Shown here: positions 1 to 8,309 of the stretch, piece by piece
Layout: each line of letters begins with the position of its first letter
How positions within the stretch are numbered: the stretch's first letter is position 1
Source of the DNA: an uncultured Candidatus Bathyarchaeia archaeon
Lineage (GTDB): Archaea; Thermoproteota; Bathyarchaeia; Bathyarchaeales; Bathyarchaeaceae
Assembly: GCA_964655075.1 (NCBI GenBank)
Contig: CAZZLD010000005.1
Span: 117,741 to 141,740, forward strand
Direction: 5' to 3'
DNA: 24,000 nt
Notes under the pieces: model-generated
The model's database searches: none
The model's input: the letters and a program-made list of their open reading frames with translations, nothing else
What the model was told of the DNA's origin: nothing
Program-made: the position numbers and the translations under genes

Positions 1-2
1 TA

Positions 3-380
3 AATGGAAAGGTTATCGACCGCTTTACTGTATCAATCAATCAAGATAGGTTGACTGAGCTGTACCCCAGCATATGGAGGGTGATCTTTTCAGTTGCTGT
101 TCTTAGGGACCGTGATTCTTTAGTCAAAGAATTGCTTGACCACAAAAATGTAATCGAAGTGGACGAAGCTACACCAGCTGCTGTTCACGACATCTTAGTG
201 CAAGCCCAATTCAGCAACATGGAGGAGTTCAACGAATTTGCAAAATGGTTGAAATCCAAACAGAATGTAGACCCATCACGACTTGATGTCATTCCCATCC
301 ACAAACAACATAAAAGAAGAAGACGAATCTTATCAGTTATTAAGCCCAAGAAAGAAAAAGCAGTAATTATTCGCGTGTAA
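3..380 (+). CDS. Small protein resembling an Lrp/AsnC-type ligand-binding (RAM) domain; probably the C-terminal part of a protein extending beyond the left edge
   Basis: The frame is open upstream of the listed start at 51 to the window edge (NGKVIDRFTVSINQDR-LTELYPSIW...). The 'VLRDRDSLVKELLDHKNVIEVDEATPAAVHDILVQAQFSNMEEFNEFAKWL' stretch resembles an AsnC_trans_reg domain layout. Confidence 0.45.
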   Translation, partial: NGKVIDRFTVSINQDRLTELYPSIWRVIFSVAVLRDRDSLVKELLDHKNVIEVDEATPAAVHDILVQAQFSNMEEFNEFAKWLKSKQNVDPSRLDVIPIHKQHKRRRRILSVIKPKKEKAVIIRV

Positions 381-445
381 GCGGTTCGATGGTTTACCCA
401 AAGCTTAAAACAGAAATTCAGCGAGACTATAGGATTGTGGTAGGT

Positions 446-811
446 ATGTCTAAGGAAGACAAGATGTTGGAGGAGCTGAAGCGGATAAGAGAGCTGTTAA
501 CGCCGAAGCCTGCTCCACCGCCGAAAAAAGGCTTATGGAACGAATTCATGGACTTCCTCTCAAAATACAAGGTCATGGGCCTCGCTGTCGCCTTCATCAT
601 GGCCATATACCTCGGTGGACTGGTTAAAGCCCTCGTGGACGACCTAGTCATGCCGATAGTTACCCTTGTTATGCCCGGCATTGAATGGGAAAACATAGTA
701 GTTGGACCTTTCCGTGTTGGAGACTTCATCGGCGCGTTGATAACCTTCCTCATCGTAGCCTTCGTGATCTTCATAATAGTTAAGATCACTAAGCGATGGG
801 GAATCGAATAG
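446..811 (+). CDS. mscL: Large-conductance mechanosensitive channel, MscL family
   Basis: Translation 'LWNEFMDFLSKYKVMGLAVAFIMAIYLGGLVKALVDDLVMPIVTLVMPG...FRVGDFIGALITFLIVAFVIFIIVKI' is the typical MscL TM1/TM2 layout. The internal ATG at 446 is preferred over 389. Confidence 0.85.
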   Translation: MSKEDKMLEELKRIRELLTPKPAPPPKKGLWNEFMDFLSKYKVMGLAVAFIMAIYLGGLVKALVDDLVMPIVTLVMPGIEWENIVVGPFRVGDFIGALITFLIVAFVIFIIVKITKRWGIE

Positions 812-899
812 CATCAACTCCCCTCCTTTTTTCTTTATTAAAATAGGGCAGTGACTCTATCGCATGAGGCTTTGCAGGCTGGCTACAGCATGAGCTAGT

Positions 900-1157
900 T
901 TATTCTTCTTCGGCCCATTTTTTGGCTTTTTTAACGCCCTTTTTTGTGACTTCTACTCCTTTCTTCCCTGCTTTCTTTCCGACTTCAACGCCCTTTTCGC
1001 CGACTTTTATTCCCACCTTTACTCCCTTTTTTGCAGCTTCCTCTGTCTTTTTCTTAGCTTTCTTGAAGAATGACAAACCATTCACCTCCTTTGATACAAG
1101 AAAATAGTTGTGCTCCAGGTTTTTAAACACTAGTCCTCTGTCGCAGAGAAAACGCAA
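900..1157 (-). CDS. Lys-rich protein with tandem 11-residue repeats
   Basis: The ORF contains KKGVKVGIKVG / EKGVEVGKKAG / KKGVEVTKKGV / KKAKKW repeats. The true start may lie downstream of the listed one. Confidence 0.6.
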   Translation of the reverse strand: MRFLCDRGLVFKNLEHNYFLVSKEVNGLSFFKKAKKKTEEAAKKGVKVGIKVGEKGVEVGKKAGKKGVEVTKKGVKKAKKWAEEE

Positions 1158-1190
1158 ACTCTAATATGCGGAAGAGCTAATTCTGAATCT

Positions 1191-1460
1191 GTGATCAAAA
1201 TGAAGCCGAAGGTCAGAAAACCTAATGAGAGGGAGCGGGAAGAGGCGAAGTCTTGGCCAATCTGGGAAAAGGAAGAGTCCAAATTCCCTTGGGAGTACGA
1301 TCAACAGGAGACTTGCCTAATCATAGAGGGAAAAGCCGTTGTCAAAACCCCAGAAGGAAACGTGGAATTCGGAGCAGGCGACTACGTTGTGTTTCCAAAG
1401 GGCCTAAAGTGCACTTGGGAGATACGAAAGAAGATCAGGAAGCACTATAGCTTAGAGTAA
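1191..1460 (+). CDS. Small cupin-domain protein (ureidoglycine aminohydrolase/DUF861-like cupin)
   Basis: 'WEYDQQETCLIIEGKAVVKTPEGNVEFGAGDYVVFPKGLKCTWEIRKKIRKHY' is a cupin beta-barrel motif. Confidence 0.75.
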   Translation: MIKMKPKVRKPNEREREEAKSWPIWEKEESKFPWEYDQQETCLIIEGKAVVKTPEGNVEFGAGDYVVFPKGLKCTWEIRKKIRKHYSLE

Positions 1461-1597
1461 AAAACGCGCATACGATGCTCTAAAAGCATTACCATGTGGT
1501 TTTGTCCCTTTCAAAACGATTTCTGCAAACATTTATTTTATTGAACCCTAAAAGGATGCTGGTTTAAAGAAGATTCGCGGGCAGTTGGTGTTAGCCA

Positions 1598-2719
1598 TTG
1601 AGCGATGAAGAGGAAATGGTTGTCACCCCTTGGGAAGTCTCGGGGCCGGTTGACTACGAGAAGCTGATTGAGCAGTTCGGCACACAGCCTCTAACCAACG
1701 AGCTGTTGGAGAGGATAAAGAAGCACACGGGAAAACTGCACATACAACTCCGCAGGAGGCTGTTCTTTTCCCACCGAGACCTCGACTGGATCCTCGATCA
1801 ATACGAAGCAGGACAGAGATTCGTGCTCTACACGGGTAGAGGACCATCGGGACCTGTCCACATCGGACACTTGGTTCCGTGGATTTTCACGAAGCACCTC
1901 CAAGACAAGTTCAACGCGAAACTGTATTTCCAGATGACCGACGACGAGAAGTTTCTGATTCACCCCGAGTTCACCCTTGAAAAAACCGCTGGTTTCACTT
2001 ACGAAAACACGTTGGACCTCATCGCCGTGGGGCTTGACCCTGAAAAAACGAAGGTTATCGCAGACGTTAAAGACGTCAAGTTGCTCTACGAGATTGCAAT
2101 AAAAGTAGCCAAACACGTGACTTTCTCCACCGTTAAGGCGGTCTTCGGCTTCCAAGACAGCTCAAATATAGGAATAATCTTCTTCCCCGCCATCCAAGCG
2201 GCACCATGCTTTGTAGCATCAGCCCTCGCAGGCGAAAACGTGCCCTGCCTGATCCCCGCAGCCATCGATCAAGACCCGTACTGGCGAGTCACAAGGGACA
2301 TAGCCCCAAAAATCGGATACTACAAACCCGCTCAAATCCACTGCAAGTTCCTGCCGGGCTTAGGAAAAGGAGGGAAAATGTCGGCTTCCATGCCGGAAAC
2401 ATGCATATTCACCGTGGACACTCCTGAACAAGCGGAAAAGAAAATCTGGAACGCCTTCACAGGCGGCAAACCGACCGCCAAAGAACAGAAAAAGACGGGG
2501 GGAACCCCTTCGGTGTGCACGATTTACCAGTATTTTTACTACCTGTTCGAGGAAGGCGACAAAGAAATGGTGGAAATCGACAAAAGATGCAAGACGGGAG
2601 ACATCGTCTGCGGCGACTGCAAAGCGCTTTTGGCAGAAAGAGTGAAACGGTTCCTGAAAGACCATCAGAAGAAGAGAGAAAAGGCGAAAGACGTCATAGA
2701 CAAGTTCTTCGTCAAATAG
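1598..2719 (+). CDS. trpS: Tryptophan--tRNA ligase (archaeal/eukaryotic type)
   Basis: Class I signatures 'GPSGPVHIGHLVPW' and 'GKGGKMSASMPETCIFTVDTPEQ'; full length of 373 aa. Confidence 0.93.
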   Translation: MSDEEEMVVTPWEVSGPVDYEKLIEQFGTQPLTNELLERIKKHTGKLHIQLRRRLFFSHRDLDWILDQYEAGQRFVLYTGRGPSGPVHIGHLVPWIFTKHLQDKFNAKLYFQMTDDEKFLIHPEFTLEKTAGFTYENTLDLIAVGLDPEKTKVIADVKDVKLLYEIAIKVAKHVTFSTVKAVFGFQDSSNIGIIFFPAIQAAPCFVASALAGENVPCLIPAAIDQDPYWRVTRDIAPKIGYYKPAQIHCKFLPGLGKGGKMSASMPETCIFTVDTPEQAEKKIWNAFTGGKPTAKEQKKTGGTPSVCTIYQYFYYLFEEGDKEMVEIDKRCKTGDIVCGDCKALLAERVKRFLKDHQKKREKAKDVIDKFFVK

Positions 2720-2754
2720 CGTTTATCTCTTACCCTAGTTTAGGAGAGGCACCC

Positions 2755-3372
2755 TTGAAAACCCTAATCGTTGACACCCGAATTAACCAGACCCTCCTAA
2801 GCTCCGTTGTTCCAGCCATAAAACCGTTCAGCGACTACGAAGTGGTAAGTTACGAGGACGTTAAACCCAACTTCAGAATCAAGAAGGACATCAACGCCGT
2901 GATTTTAACTGGTTCAGAAGCCAGAATCGTCTCGGAGGAGGACGTGGCGAAATTCAGCGAAGTAACCAAACTAATGAAACGCATAAACCTGCCAACGTTG
3001 GGCATCTGTTTCGGCCATCAACTCATGGCTCTCGCCCACGGAGCAAGCGTGGCCTCCTGTGAAAAGCCAGTTATGAACAGATTTGAAATGGTTCGCGTCC
3101 TTGAAGCAGATGAACTATTCCTCGGATATGAAAGCGGAGAGAAGATTCCGTTAGCTGAAACCCATAACGACTACGTGAGGAGAAACAGCTTAGAGGAAAG
3201 CGGTTTCAAGTTATTGGCTGATTCTCAGTCCTGCGAAGTTGAAGCGATAAAACACAGGAACAAACCGTTTTACGGCGTCCAATTCCACCCGGAAAGGACG
3301 AAGATCGAAGGAGAAGAACATAAGGACGGAATCAAAGTGATAAAAAACTTCTACCGCTACGTTGTGCATTGA
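2755..3372 (+). CDS. Class I glutamine amidotransferase (GMP synthase glutaminase-subunit-like)
   Basis: Nucleophile elbow 'LGICFGHQLMALAHG' and catalytic 'GVQFHPER'. The listed start at 2515 lies inside trpS. TTG at 2755 (LKTLIVDTRINQTLL) is in frame and better. Confidence 0.75.
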   Translation: MKTLIVDTRINQTLLSSVVPAIKPFSDYEVVSYEDVKPNFRIKKDINAVILTGSEARIVSEEDVAKFSEVTKLMKRINLPTLGICFGHQLMALAHGASVASCEKPVMNRFEMVRVLEADELFLGYESGEKIPLAETHNDYVRRNSLEESGFKLLADSQSCEVEAIKHRNKPFYGVQFHPERTKIEGEEHKDGIKVIKNFYRYVVH

Positions 3373-3423
3373 ACCTGAATCTTAAAAATGGAGAACCTCT
3401 GAAGCTGGCGTGCGCATGCAGGT

Positions 3424-4425
3424 TTATTTTTGGGAAACTGGAATAAATTTTATTATTTGGAAGTCTCCAATGGGAATAACCCCAAAATCGGCGTCTTCTG
3501 ATGTTGGATCAAGTGGAATCCAATCATTCAAATCTTTTCCATCTTCAAGTTCTTGGTGAACAAGAGGTTTACAATAGTCAGGGGCACTCGGAATATAAAC
3601 TGCAGAATATACATGATCGGGAACTTTGTCATTATCTGTATCTGCGAATATCAACGCTGATTCGAAACCTATTGCTGATAGAAGAGAGCACAATAAAATT
3701 GCTTGATCTTCACAATCGCCAGCTCGAAGTTTCAGCGTTGTTGCCGGAGACTGAATTTCCTCGAACTCTAACGGATCCCGCACGTATTGAATTTCATCCC
3801 TTACAAATTCGTAGATTTTTCTTGCCTGCTTAAAGTCACCAGCACTAAACCTCATACCTAAACGTACTGCAAGTTTCCTAACACTCTTCGCGTTTCGATC
3901 TACTGCATCAGTAATCTTTGTGATAGAAAGATCGAGACTTTCTCTAGCTTTACCTCCTGATTGACCTTCCATTTTGTCTATAAGATGACAGATTGACCTG
4001 CGCAAATTATCTCCAATGGCACGATTTTGCCTAGAAAACCAAGCAACTTCTTTCTTATCCCGATCTGCTTCAGAATATTTTCGCATTAGAGGAATAAGTG
4101 AGGTGTCCAAAATTGTGCTTATCCCCAGCGCATGTCCCAGATACGCTAGGTGCAGTGAATCATTTTCTTGCTCTTTTTTGGCCAATGCCTTGTAATGTAG
4201 CATTACACATTTTGTGAAATAGATAATTCGATGTAAAACTTCATATGCGTTTAATCCAGTTGAGGTTGACGGAAAAGATTCGACAAGAATCCTTCTAGCT
4301 GTTGCTATAGAAACTATTGCACTATCAATTTTTCCTTGATCAAGTTCCTCTATCGCTTTTTGCAAAAATCGATTTGCCTTGACTAAAAAGTTTTCTTCCA
4401 AAGGGCACCCTCTTAAACCTATCAC
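3424..4425 (-). CDS. Transglutaminase-like (papain-fold) domain protein with an alpha-helical N-terminal region
   Basis: 'ARKIYEFVRDEIQYVRDP...TLKLRAGDCEDQAILLCSLLSAIGFES...DHVYSAVYI...DWIPLDPTS' contains the Cys, His and Asp triad motifs. GTG start at 4425 abuts the upstream stop. Confidence 0.75.
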   Translation of the reverse strand: MIGLRGCPLEENFLVKANRFLQKAIEELDQGKIDSAIVSIATARRILVESFPSTSTGLNAYEVLHRIIYFTKCVMLHYKALAKKEQENDSLHLAYLGHALGISTILDTSLIPLMRKYSEADRDKKEVAWFSRQNRAIGDNLRRSICHLIDKMEGQSGGKARESLDLSITKITDAVDRNAKSVRKLAVRLGMRFSAGDFKQARKIYEFVRDEIQYVRDPLEFEEIQSPATTLKLRAGDCEDQAILLCSLLSAIGFESALIFADTDNDKVPDHVYSAVYIPSAPDYCKPLVHQELEDGKDLNDWIPLDPTSEDADFGVIPIGDFQIIKFIPVSQK

Positions 4426-4776
4426 CTAGCGTTTCGACATGAAAATTTGAACCCACTTTTCGACGCGGGATTTGAGAGGTTCTGGTCCAGATATAGATCC
4501 ATCCCCATTTACCGTGACCTCCTGATTTCGCAAGCTGAGTATCCCGCTTATTGGATCAAAACTTTTGATTCCCCGTTCGTACAAAAAGGATGCGAACTTA
4601 TTGATGTTAAAATCATTTGTTGAAACAACTTCTTCATAGACAACCCGTTTAGCTACTGTTCCAACTTCCTTCGAAATTTGGATGACACTGTTACAGTATG
4701 GGCATTTAACGAATTTGGAATATGGAGAGATCGGACCCTTATAAGTAGCCCCACAGTTTTCACAGATCACGTTCAC
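4426..4776 (-). CDS. Zinc-ribbon protein of unknown function
   Basis: N-terminal 'CENCGATYKGPISPYSKFVKCPYCNSVI' (CxxC...CxxC). 4-bp ATGA overlap with the upstream gene. Confidence 0.7.
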   Translation of the reverse strand: MNVICENCGATYKGPISPYSKFVKCPYCNSVIQISKEVGTVAKRVVYEEVVSTNDFNINKFASFLYERGIKSFDPISGILSLRNQEVTVNGDGSISGPEPLKSRVEKWVQIFMSKR

Positions 4777-5207
4777 AAAGCTTCGCCACCAATGCCACGT
4801 TGGATAGCACTGATCCAGTCTCTTGCATTATAGACTTCAAAAGCTGGATTTTCCATTCCTTCAGGAGTGTCAAGGCTGACTATAAGGACCTCATACGGTT
4901 CTTTGCTAAAGAAAGAAGGTGGTTCATTCAAAGTACCCTTCTTCCTTGTGCGCGTCTCCACCGTGGCTCCCACAACACCATCTATCGGAAGGTTGATTTT
5001 CACACCTGCCGTTTGCACCTCATTTTTCTTGCCAAATCCCAGAAAGCCTCCTGATTTGACCACGCGTTGCTCTAAGAACAGAAATCGTTTGTTGGTCAAA
5101 ATAAGTTTTCCCCACATGAGAGATCCGATTCTGCTATAACCATTATGATAAACAACATTTTGTTGCTCTCTAACAACTTTCTCGCCACGCCCTAGGAAAA
5201 AACTCAT
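4773..5207 (-). CDS. PH/GRAM-like domain protein
   Basis: 'LGRGEKVVREQQNVVYHNGYSRIGSLMWGKLILTNKRFLFLEQRV' is a GRAM/bacterial-PH-like core. A strong Shine-Dalgarno (GGGGGAGGTGA) precedes the ATG on the minus strand. Confidence 0.6.
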   Translation of the reverse strand: MSFFLGRGEKVVREQQNVVYHNGYSRIGSLMWGKLILTNKRFLFLEQRVVKSGGFLGFGKKNEVQTAGVKINLPIDGVVGATVETRTRKKGTLNEPPSFFSKEPYEVLIVSLDTPEGMENPAFEVYNARDWISAIQRGIGGEAL

Positions 5208-5343
5208 TTAGTTTTTTCACCTCCCCCTTTCTCTTGATATGATATACTTGATGAGATACACACTTTTAACCCTTTTGACGAGGGTTTTCCGATTTCCAAA
5301 AACGTTAAATCCGAACGGGGCGGGTAATATTCGTTGGAAAGGA

Positions 5344-5754
5344 ATGAAAGCGAACATGAGGAGAAGAGCCAAGGGCGTAAGTACCGAGGTTGAGTATCCT
5401 CCCGCGAAGAGGAGGATTCCATACCGGTCTTTAGCGTATTATGTCGGACGCCCTCTCAGGATCTTCGCGAAAGAAAACCCGCTTGTGAAGCATCCGGCAA
5501 TTTATGAAGGAACGTTATCAGGCGTCTTTGAGAATCCAACGGCTCTGCTTTTGGAGGACGCGTGTGCTCTTGTTTTAGATCTGGTTCCCATGCAGAAATA
5601 TTACAGCGTAGTGAAACGGGACAGAATTGGGGCGTTTTTCATTCGCATGGATGAAATCAGATACTTTGAGATATTGCCTGAGGGAAGCAGAAAACTACGC
5701 GCTTCGAAAAGTTATAAGCTAGGCATCAAAACCTTAGAGGATGTTGAAGGCTGA
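5344..5754 (+). CDS. Conserved-looking hypothetical protein
   Basis: ORF with protein-like composition (RRIPYRSLAYYVGRPLRIFAKENPLVKHPAIYEGTLSGVFENPTALLLEDACALVLD). The listed start is 5239; the internal ATG at 5344 looks more plausible. Confidence 0.5.
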   Translation: MKANMRRRAKGVSTEVEYPPAKRRIPYRSLAYYVGRPLRIFAKENPLVKHPAIYEGTLSGVFENPTALLLEDACALVLDLVPMQKYYSVVKRDRIGAFFIRMDEIRYFEILPEGSRKLRASKSYKLGIKTLEDVEG

Positions 5755-5796
5755 CGCGCCTGGGATTTGGTAACCTAAATATAGAGAGTGGTTTAA

Positions 5797-6381
5797 TTGG
5801 AGGAAAACGAGAAAGCCCCTGTCAATTTGTCCTCAGCCTATAGGCTGCTGTATCCGAGGAACGTTGTGTTAGTAAGCTGCATAGACAAATCGGGCAAAGC
5901 CAACATCATAACATTAGCTTGGTCCATGCCAGTCTCAATGGATCCCCCCATGGTGGCTATAGGACTAGCTCCCAGAAGATACTCCTACAAGCTGATTCGG
6001 GAAACCGGGGAATTTGTGGTCAACATTCCCACTATGGACATTGCCAAGGAAACGTTGTTCTGCGGCAGAAGAACAGGGAGAGAACATGACAAGTTTAAAG
6101 AAGCGCCTTTGACGCCTCTTCCCGCAAAAATGGTTAGGCCGCCGATAATCAAGGAGTGCGTGGCGCACTTAGAATGTAGGCTACGGCAAGAGGTAACCAC
6201 GGGAGACCACACGCTGTTAATCGGCGAAGTCTTAACCGCCCACGCAAACAGAAGAGTTTTCGATGAAAGATTCGACGTCAAAAAACTGAAACCGATCCTC
6301 CACATGGGTGGAGACAACTTCCTAACTATAACGCCTAAAATAGTTACGCCTCAACTGCCTGAAGACAGCAAACGAAGCTAA
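5797..6381 (+). CDS. Flavin reductase-like (flavoredoxin-type, FMN-binding) protein
   Basis: 'LYPRNVVLVSCIDKSGKANIITLAWSMPVSMDPPMVAIGLAPRRYSYKLIRETGEFVVNIPT' is the flavin reductase family N-terminal signature. Confidence 0.85.
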   Translation: MEENEKAPVNLSSAYRLLYPRNVVLVSCIDKSGKANIITLAWSMPVSMDPPMVAIGLAPRRYSYKLIRETGEFVVNIPTMDIAKETLFCGRRTGREHDKFKEAPLTPLPAKMVRPPIIKECVAHLECRLRQEVTTGDHTLLIGEVLTAHANRRVFDERFDVKKLKPILHMGGDNFLTITPKIVTPQLPEDSKRS

Positions 6382-6421
6382 TAAATCAGACAACGACACC
6401 ACTATTTTTGAGAGAAAAACC

Positions 6422-6550
6422 GTGGCTAGAAGAGTTAGAAAAATCAGACCGTTTGACAGAGCTGAGTGCAAAGTCTGCTCCATGAAGGGAAGCTTCTACT
6501 GCTGGAGGCAATGCCCCTACAACACTTGGCGCCAGAGACAGATCGAATGA
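6422..6550 (+). CDS. 42 aa cysteine-containing microprotein (putative zinc-binding), absent from ORF track
   Basis: GTG start; translation VARRVRKIRPFDRAECKVCSMKGSFYCWRQCPYNTWRQRQIE*, with four Cys as CxxC...CxxxC. Confidence 0.45.
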   Translation: MARRVRKIRPFDRAECKVCSMKGSFYCWRQCPYNTWRQRQIE

Positions 6551-6611
6551 GGCGACAACACCAGAACGGTTTTTAAAACCAACAGAAGCTTAATGACATG
6601 TGTGAAAGGCG

Positions 6612-7514
6612 ATGAGCACCCTTCGTGAGACTCTAAAGAAGTGGCGACATGCCGGAAAAACCGTAGCTGAGGTCAGAGAAAAAGCGAGAGAAGTTGTTTA
6701 TGAGGGCATGCCCATTATTGACCTCTGCGAAAAGGTAGAGGCTCTAATTCGGGAAAAAGGCTGTAAACCCGCTTTTCCTTGCAACGTTTCCGTTAACGAA
6801 ATCACTGCGCATTACAGTTCTCCTCCGCGGGACAAGCGAACCATTCCAGAGGGAGCCTTAGTGAAGATAGACCTCGGTGCTCACGTGGACGGGTACATTG
6901 CTGACTCGGCGGTAACCGTGTGCTTCAATCCTGAATATGAAAACCTCGTTTACGCGGCGAACAAGGCCCTCGAAAAGGCGACTGATATCCTCCGTCCAGG
7001 GTTATCTATGTCGCAGTTCGGTTCAATCATCCAGAGTACAATAGAGAGCTACGGGTTAAAACCCGTCTCGAACCTCACAGGCCACCAGATTGGACGCTAT
7101 CTGATCCACACGGGAAAGTCACTGCCAAACGTGTCCCATCTTTCTTTAGATAAGATAAACGCAGGGGAGGTTTACGGTGTTGAGCCCTTCGTGACAGTTC
7201 CTGACGCTGCGGGAAAAGTTAAGGGCGTTTCCGAAGCTTTCATCTTCCGTTTTGTAAAGCACAAAACCTTAAGGAACCCCCTTTCCAAACGGCTTCTGAA
7301 TTACATTAGTAAAAATTTCCGTACGTTGCCTTTTAGTGAACGTTGGCTCCAAGGATTGATGTCGCGGGACAATTACAGAATCGCGTTCTCAGAACTTCTC
7401 TCGACGAGAAGCTTAATGGCTTACCCTGTGTTTGTAGAAACTAGTGGAAAACCCGTAGCGCAAGCGGAACACACAGTTTTGATAACAGAAGACGGTTGCA
7501 CTATACTGACCTAA
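6612..7514 (+). CDS. map: Methionine aminopeptidase, type II
   Basis: 'FPCNVSVNEITAHYSSPPRD', 'LVKIDLGAHVDGYIADSAVTV', 'GHQIGRYLIHTGKSLPN', 'GEVYGVEPFVT' and terminal 'QAEHTVLITEDGCTILT' supply the expected metal ligands. Confidence 0.93.
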   Translation: MSTLRETLKKWRHAGKTVAEVREKAREVVYEGMPIIDLCEKVEALIREKGCKPAFPCNVSVNEITAHYSSPPRDKRTIPEGALVKIDLGAHVDGYIADSAVTVCFNPEYENLVYAANKALEKATDILRPGLSMSQFGSIIQSTIESYGLKPVSNLTGHQIGRYLIHTGKSLPNVSHLSLDKINAGEVYGVEPFVTVPDAAGKVKGVSEAFIFRFVKHKTLRNPLSKRLLNYISKNFRTLPFSERWLQGLMSRDNYRIAFSELLSTRSLMAYPVFVETSGKPVAQAEHTVLITEDGCTILT

Positions 7515-7608
7515 AGCCGCTTATTTTTTCATTGGAGCAGGAAAACTGTAGGTTATATGAGTCAGCTTTATATTGTAAAACCGATAATTATCAAGCTGTG
7601 AATGACAG

Positions 7609-7785
7609 ATGAGAACTGCAGCAGTAAAAAGACCTTGGAAAACAGTGCAGTTGCCAGGAGACCTGATTAGACAAGTAGACAAAATCGCAGCAACCCCCGG
7701 ATTAGGATACACGTCTAGAAGCGAATTCATCAAAGAAGCCATACGCCTAAGAATCAAAGAACTCGAAGCCAAAAAAACTAGATGA
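7609..7785 (+). CDS. 58 aa ribbon-helix-helix DNA-binding protein, absent from ORF track
   Basis: Translation MRTAAVKRPWKTVQLPGDLIRQVDKIAATPGLGYTSRSEFIKEAIRLRIKELEAKKTR*. The beta strand plus 'GYTSRSEFIKEAIR' helices are the RHH/CopG signature. Confidence 0.8.
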   Translation: MRTAAVKRPWKTVQLPGDLIRQVDKIAATPGLGYTSRSEFIKEAIRLRIKELEAKKTR

Positions 7786-7879
7786 CCTTTAGGCGGACAT
7801 CTCAATTTTTGGCTCCTTTAACATATTTAGGATTATCTTCTATTCTTGTTCCATAAATCCTGCGAATCTTTTGAGGGGT

Positions 7880-8299
7880 TTAAGTTTCGCTTTTTTCCTC
7901 TTTCTTAACTTCGCGGTAGATGGAGTCAATTATCATTTTCTCGTTGCATTTTGGGCATGTTTCACTATCTTGGAGAATATAGTCGCCGCGCTGAAATTCT
8001 CGGATATTTTTGAAGCCGCATTTTTGACATAGAACCTCGGTAAGTACTTTTTGAGGTTTTAAGATCAGTTGTGGAGCCGTCTTTCGCGTCTGAATTAACA
8101 AGGAGAAACCGTATGTTGAAACAACCAAACCTACGATGCCTATCACCGCCAACCAAAGCCCATTAACTAAGCCGCTGCCGCTCATGAACGCCTCAAATGC
8201 AAAATAGAGAAAGACAAGCGACACCAGGAGGATTACGGAGATTACCGTAAATAAGATTAGAGGACCTTTCTTCGTTTGAGAACTCTTTTCTTCACTCAC
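7880..8299 (-). CDS. Two-TM membrane protein with C-terminal zinc-ribbon-like domain
   Basis: Two hydrophobic helices (PLILFTVISVILLVSLVFLYFAF; LWLAVIGIVGLVVSTYGFSLLI) followed by 'LCQKCGFKNIREFQRGDYILQDSETCPKCNEKM'. Confidence 0.65.
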   Translation of the reverse strand: MSEEKSSQTKKGPLILFTVISVILLVSLVFLYFAFEAFMSGSGLVNGLWLAVIGIVGLVVSTYGFSLLIQTRKTAPQLILKPQKVLTEVLCQKCGFKNIREFQRGDYILQDSETCPKCNEKMIIDSIYREVKKEEKSET

Positions 8300-8309
8300 T
8301 TTCTTTCAC

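Noticed and set aside
2515-2754. N-terminal extension of the glutamine amidotransferase ORF inside trpS
   Set aside because: Arg-rich out-of-frame translation of trpS coding sequence (PVRGRRQRNGGNRQKMQDGRHRLRRL); the homologous part starts at 2755.
5204-5422. Minus-strand ORF with ATGA-type overlap to the PH/GRAM-like gene
   Set aside because: Low-complexity, Ser-rich translation largely antisense to the better hypothetical CDS 5344-5754; the Shine-Dalgarno at about 5217-5228 better explains initiation of 4773-5207.
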